A stretch of DNA of 64,000 bases from a virus: the IMG/VR virus record IMGVR_UViG_3300027788_000008, positions 1-64,000 of that record, one strand, 5' to 3'. Below, one piece after another: positions 60,267-64,000 of this stretch; within the stretch, counting starts at the first letter, position 1, and every line of letters starts with the position of its first letter. The position numbers were made by a program, and so were the translations under genes. The notes under the pieces were generated by a model. That model did no database searches. It was not told the DNA's origin and saw only the letters and a list, made by a program, of their open reading frames with translations.

Positions 60267-60782
60267 ATGACAAGTAGTATAAGCAACAACACCAATTTAT
60301 TCCAACCAACAGGATTTAAGGTTATTATTGATCGTCAGAACTTCGCAAACTTAGAATTTTTTGTGCAGGGAATCTCACATCCAGGGGCAAACTGTCCCGC
60401 TATAGAGACAGCTGTTAAGAGACTCCAGGGTATACCAATGCCAGGAGGACAGATGGAGTATAGCGAGTTGACTATGGATGTGTTGCTCGACGAAGACATG
60501 AACTCGTATAAAGAGATGTACAACTGGTTGTTGCGTAGTGTTAATAGTGAAATGATAACTCGTCGCGACGACTTTGGAGGCGGACGTTCCACCCAACCGA
60601 CTTATTCTGACATCACTCTTGTGGCCCTCACCAGTCATAACAATAAAAGTGTAAAGTTTAAATATGTTGACGCACTACCTGTTTCGATCGGAGAAATACG
60701 GTTTGAGGCACAGAACCAGTCAGTTGAGTATGTTACATTCCCCGCAAGTTTTAGATTTTCTTATTTTGAGATAGTTGAATAG
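60267..60782 (+). CDS. 3: Tail completion protein gp3
   Basis: NLFQPTGF, LDEDMNSYKEMYNW, SDITL, FRFSYF. Confidence 0.88.
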   Translation: MTSSISNNTNLFQPTGFKVIIDRQNFANLEFFVQGISHPGANCPAIETAVKRLQGIPMPGGQMEYSELTMDVLLDEDMNSYKEMYNWLLRSVNSEMITRRDDFGGGRSTQPTYSDITLVALTSHNNKSVKFKYVDALPVSIGEIRFEAQNQSVEYVTFPASFRFSYFEIVE

Positions 60783-60785
60783 TAT

Positions 60786-61226
60786 ATGGATTTAGATGGT
60801 ATTCTTGCCCAGTGGGTAACTGATTGTGAGATTGGACATAACCTTGATTCTGCATCACGCGAGACTCCTCAGTTACACGGCAAGTATCTTGGTTATTATA
60901 TACAAGCAAAACTTATGATGAAACGTGCAGAAGATAAACAACAAATTCTTCTCAAGAACAAATTCTTGTGGTACAACGGAAAATTGTCCCAGGACGAGAT
61001 TGTTGATCTTGGTTGGGTACACGACCCATTCAATGGTCTAAAGATAATGAAGGGTGACCTTTCATACTATTATGACAGTGACCCTGAGATACAAAAAAGC
61101 GAAGCAACCATTGTGTACTACAAGACGATGGTCGAAGCACTCAAGGAGATTATGGACACGTTGAAGTGGAGACACCAAACTATCGGTAACTCTATCCGCT
61201 GGAAGCAGTTCGAAGCGGGAGTATAA
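60786..61226 (+). CDS. uvsY: Recombination mediator UvsY
   Basis: PQLHGKYL, WYNGK, DPF, I.NSI.W..FEAG. Confidence 0.9.
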   Translation: MDLDGILAQWVTDCEIGHNLDSASRETPQLHGKYLGYYIQAKLMMKRAEDKQQILLKNKFLWYNGKLSQDEIVDLGWVHDPFNGLKIMKGDLSYYYDSDPEIQKSEATIVYYKTMVEALKEIMDTLKWRHQTIGNSIRWKQFEAGV

Positions 61227-61229
61227 ATA
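61222..61229 (+). promoter_or_regulatory. Late promoter of uvsW
   Basis: TATAAATA overlapping the uvsY stop codon. Confidence 0.75.
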
Positions 61230-61256
61230 CTACATATCCAATAAGGCAATGTAGTT

Positions 61257-62720
61257 ATGAACAATTTAACAGTCCAATTGCTGAATCACTCTATGATGGT
61301 TGTGAAGTGCGATGCTGGAGTACGAGCGGAGTTGTCCGAGTATTTCTCATTCTTTGTTCCTGGACATAAGTTCATGCCGAGTTTCAAGCGCAAGCAATGG
61401 GACGGAAAGATTAGATTGTTTAATGCCATTACCAGTGAACTTAATGTCGGATTGTATGTCAAACTCTGTAAGTTTGCTGCTGACAGACACTACCACTTAC
61501 AGATGGAGCATAGCGACTATGGTCTACCAACCGCAAGAAACAAGGTAAACCACCAACAACTGGTTGCATCACAAGCATTGTGGGGCATGCCCTTTCCTCC
61601 TAGAGACTATCAGTACGAAGCAATCACGCATGGCATATCGAATAAGCGTTGCATCCTGTTATCCCCAACTGGTTCTGGTAAGTCGTTTATTATATATAAT
61701 CTTATGCGTTGGTATCTTGATGGACATGACAAAGCAGTCCTTGTCGTTGTTCCAACGACCTCCCTCGTGGAGCAGATGTACAAAGACTTCTCTGACTATG
61801 GCATGGATGTAGATACCGATGTACATAAAATTTACTCAGGCAAGGACAAGAAGACCACTAAGAGGGTCATTGTCACAACTTGGCAGTCAGTGTATCGCCT
61901 TGGTCCAGATTGGTTTAATGCCTTTGGTTGTGTGTTTGGAGACGAGTGTCATTTATTTAAGGCAAAATCTTTGGCAACAATGATGAATAAGTGCAGCGAA
62001 GCAGAGTATCGTTTCGGGACCACGGGCACGCTGGATGGAACCCAGTGTAACAAGTTGGTACTCGAGGGACTCTTTGGTCCAACAAAGCGAGTGACGTTCA
62101 CCAGAGACCTACAGGACAACGGAACACTCGCTCGATTGAAGATAGACATGCTGATGCTTGACTATCCTTTGCAGCTGCGTAAATTTAACAAGGATCGGAC
62201 ATATCAGGAAGAAGTAGATTTCCTTGTGGGGTATGAACCAAGGAACAGATTGATACGCAACATTGCTTTAACACAAACCGGAAACACTCTTGTACTGTAC
62301 CAGTTCGTCGAGAAACACGGTGAAGTGTTGCATAAAATGATTAAGGAGAAAAATGATCAGGTGTTCTATGTTCATGGTGGCACGGATGTTTCTGACAGAG
62401 AAGCAATTCGTGGAATTGTTGAGCGTAGTGAAGGTGCCATCATTGTTGCCTCAATGGGAACATTTAGCACGGGAATTAACATCAAGAATCTGCACAATAT
62501 TGTATTTGCCTCCCCATCAAAGTCGCAGGTCAAAGTGTTGCAGGCAATAGGAAGAGGTTTACGCAAAGCAGAAAATGGACAGGATACGAAATTGTTCGAC
62601 CTTGCTGATGATTTGTCAGTTGAGTCCAAGAAGAATTTCACCCTAAAGCATTCGGAAGAGAGAGTTAAAATGTATAATACGGAAAAGTTTAAATTCGAAA
62701 TACACAAGGTGGTGTTATGA
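61257..62720 (+). CDS. uvsW: RNA-DNA/DNA helicase UvsW
   Basis: WDGKIRLF, SPTGSGKS, DECH, GTTGT, QAIGRGLR. Confidence 0.97.
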   Translation: MNNLTVQLLNHSMMVVKCDAGVRAELSEYFSFFVPGHKFMPSFKRKQWDGKIRLFNAITSELNVGLYVKLCKFAADRHYHLQMEHSDYGLPTARNKVNHQQLVASQALWGMPFPPRDYQYEAITHGISNKRCILLSPTGSGKSFIIYNLMRWYLDGHDKAVLVVVPTTSLVEQMYKDFSDYGMDVDTDVHKIYSGKDKKTTKRVIVTTWQSVYRLGPDWFNAFGCVFGDECHLFKAKSLATMMNKCSEAEYRFGTTGTLDGTQCNKLVLEGLFGPTKRVTFTRDLQDNGTLARLKIDMLMLDYPLQLRKFNKDRTYQEEVDFLVGYEPRNRLIRNIALTQTGNTLVLYQFVEKHGEVLHKMIKEKNDQVFYVHGGTDVSDREAIRGIVERSEGAIIVASMGTFSTGINIKNLHNIVFASPSKSQVKVLQAIGRGLRKAENGQDTKLFDLADDLSVESKKNFTLKHSEERVKMYNTEKFKFEIHKVVL

Positions 62721-63139
62721 GTAAAATAAATTTGGAAGAAGACAAAATACTACAGATAAAATTGATGACAGGACAAGAGATACTTGCCCAGTCTATCGAA
62801 GTTGATACAGAAGATTCATTCGTTGTCAGTCACGCACTAGAAATGGTTGCTGTTGAGTACGAAGATGACGAGTTGCAGTTGAACAAGTCTTATTACATCC
62901 TGCGACCTTTTATTTCTTATCCATCAGCACTTGACGTTGTTGTTTCTATCAACCCAACCGCTATTGTGTGCATCAACAAACCGAGCAAGAAGGTTATTGA
63001 GCAATATACAAGTTCCTGTGATACTATACAAGAGATGCTACTTGATGAAGTTCCTGAAGAGGCAGTACCACACAATACACCAAATGGGAATGTCCTCACC
63101 TTTCCTCCCACCCCACCTAAATTATTGACCGAAGATTGA
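62717..63139 (+). CDS. Conserved hypothetical protein (Sm-like fold suspected)
   Basis: IKLMTGQEILA; between uvsW and gp55. Confidence 0.65.
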   Translation: MSKINLEEDKILQIKLMTGQEILAQSIEVDTEDSFVVSHALEMVAVEYEDDELQLNKSYYILRPFISYPSALDVVVSINPTAIVCINKPSKKVIEQYTSSCDTIQEMLLDEVPEEAVPHNTPNGNVLTFPPTPPKLLTED

Positions 63140-63164
63140 CATTACACACTACTTGATGTAGAAT
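63136..63164 (+). promoter_or_regulatory. sigma70-type promoter of gene 55
   Basis: TTGACA-17 bp-TAGAAT, then AGAG. Confidence 0.75.
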
Positions 63165-63197
63165 AGAGTTCTACCGTATGAATAATGGAATACAAGT

Positions 63198-63785
63198 ATG
63201 AAACCTAGCGAACGCCCACATTATGTGAACAATGCACAATTCAGTCAAGCAGTCGTAGACCATGTTAAGTCTGTTCGTGACTCTGAGGGCACAGGCGAGG
63301 AAGCACCGCAAATGCCCACCTATGTTGCTACCTGTTTTCTTAAGATAGCAGAAGGTCTCTCACATAAGTCTAACTTTGTGCGATACACCTATCGAGAAGA
63401 GATGGTAATGGATGCGGTTGAGAACTGCCTTCGTGCATGTAAGAACTATGACATAGAAGCAGCAACCCGCAAGGGCAAACCAAATGCATTTGGGTATTTC
63501 ACCCAGATATCTTGGTATGCGTTCTTACGTCGAATTAAAAAAGAACAACGCCAACAAGATGTCAAGATGAACTATATTGCTGAGTCTGGATTGGACGAGT
63601 TCGTGGTAGATCCTGGTGAAGACCCGCAGGTTGCCAAGGCAGTACAATCGTTTGTCGACAACCTTCGTCTTCGAATTGATGAGGTTAAAAATAAAGACAC
63701 TAAGATAAAGGAATATAAGAAGAAGACTGCAATAAAGCGCACAGTGCGTGTAGACTCTGACCTTTCTAGTTTCTTAGAGGGATAG
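63198..63785 (+). CDS. 55: Late sigma factor gp55
   Basis: HYVNN, CFLKIAEGLS, NF..YTYREEM, NAFGYFTQI..AFLRRI. Confidence 0.96.
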   Translation: MKPSERPHYVNNAQFSQAVVDHVKSVRDSEGTGEEAPQMPTYVATCFLKIAEGLSHKSNFVRYTYREEMVMDAVENCLRACKNYDIEAATRKGKPNAFGYFTQISWYAFLRRIKKEQRQQDVKMNYIAESGLDEFVVDPGEDPQVAKAVQSFVDNLRLRIDEVKNKDTKIKEYKKKTAIKRTVRVDSDLSSFLEG

Positions 63786-63787
63786 AT

Positions 63788-64000
63788 ATGAAGATCGCAA
63801 TCCTTAACGATACCCACTGTGGTATTCGTAATAGCAGCGATATATTTATCGAGTCTCAGGAACGTTTTTATAACGAGGTTTTCTTCCCATACCTGAATGA
63901 ACACAACATCACAAACGTATTGCATCTCGGGGATTATTATGAGAATCGCCGATTCATAAACTTCAAGGCACTCAACAGCAATCGTAAAGTGTTTCTTGAG
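63788..64000 (+). CDS. 47: Recombination endonuclease gp47 (partial)
   Basis: MKIAILNDTHCG.RN, FFPYL, LHLGD. Confidence 0.93.
   Translation, partial: MKIAILNDTHCGIRNSSDIFIESQERFYNEVFFPYLNEHNITNVLHLGDYYENRRFINFKALNSNRKVFLE

Noticed and set aside
50502-62720. Introns, inteins or homing endonucleases in terminase, portal, capsid or uvsW; tRNA genes
   Set aside because: The ORFs are of ordinary length and uninterrupted, and I saw no cloverleaf or T-loop signature in intergenic gaps.

Overview
This window is 64 kb of a T4-like myovirus genome, probably marine and probably infecting a proteobacterium (host is inferred). In order it holds: the end of a glycosyltransferase cluster; small early genes behind duplicated sigma70 promoter cassettes; gp33 and gp32; a phage-borne TorF-like porin; the baseplate, tail, neck, packaging and head module; then gp3, uvsY, uvsW, gp55 and the start of gp47. 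Main findings: (1) a candidate -1 programmed frameshift (T TTT TTC TAA) fusing gp26 to a start-less gp51-like ORF directly upstream of the tape-measure gene, reminiscent of lambda G/GT; (2) enzyme genes (glycosyltransferase, 2OG-Fe(II) oxygenase, GNAT-like, Asn-synthetase-like ligase) and a 38-aa repeat peptide embedded between an aromatic-Gly-Arg repeat fibre and the neck genes, suggesting virion-protein modification; (3) a split gp5 locus holding a tandem gene pair with near-identical N-termini and swappable C-termini; (4) gp7 fused to about 1650 aa of depolymerase-like domains; (5) strong depletion of AGCT, AGCC/GGCT and CCGG, with local violations marking recently imported patches; (6) several candidate RNA control elements. 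All calls come from motif recognition and synteny. No searches were run.
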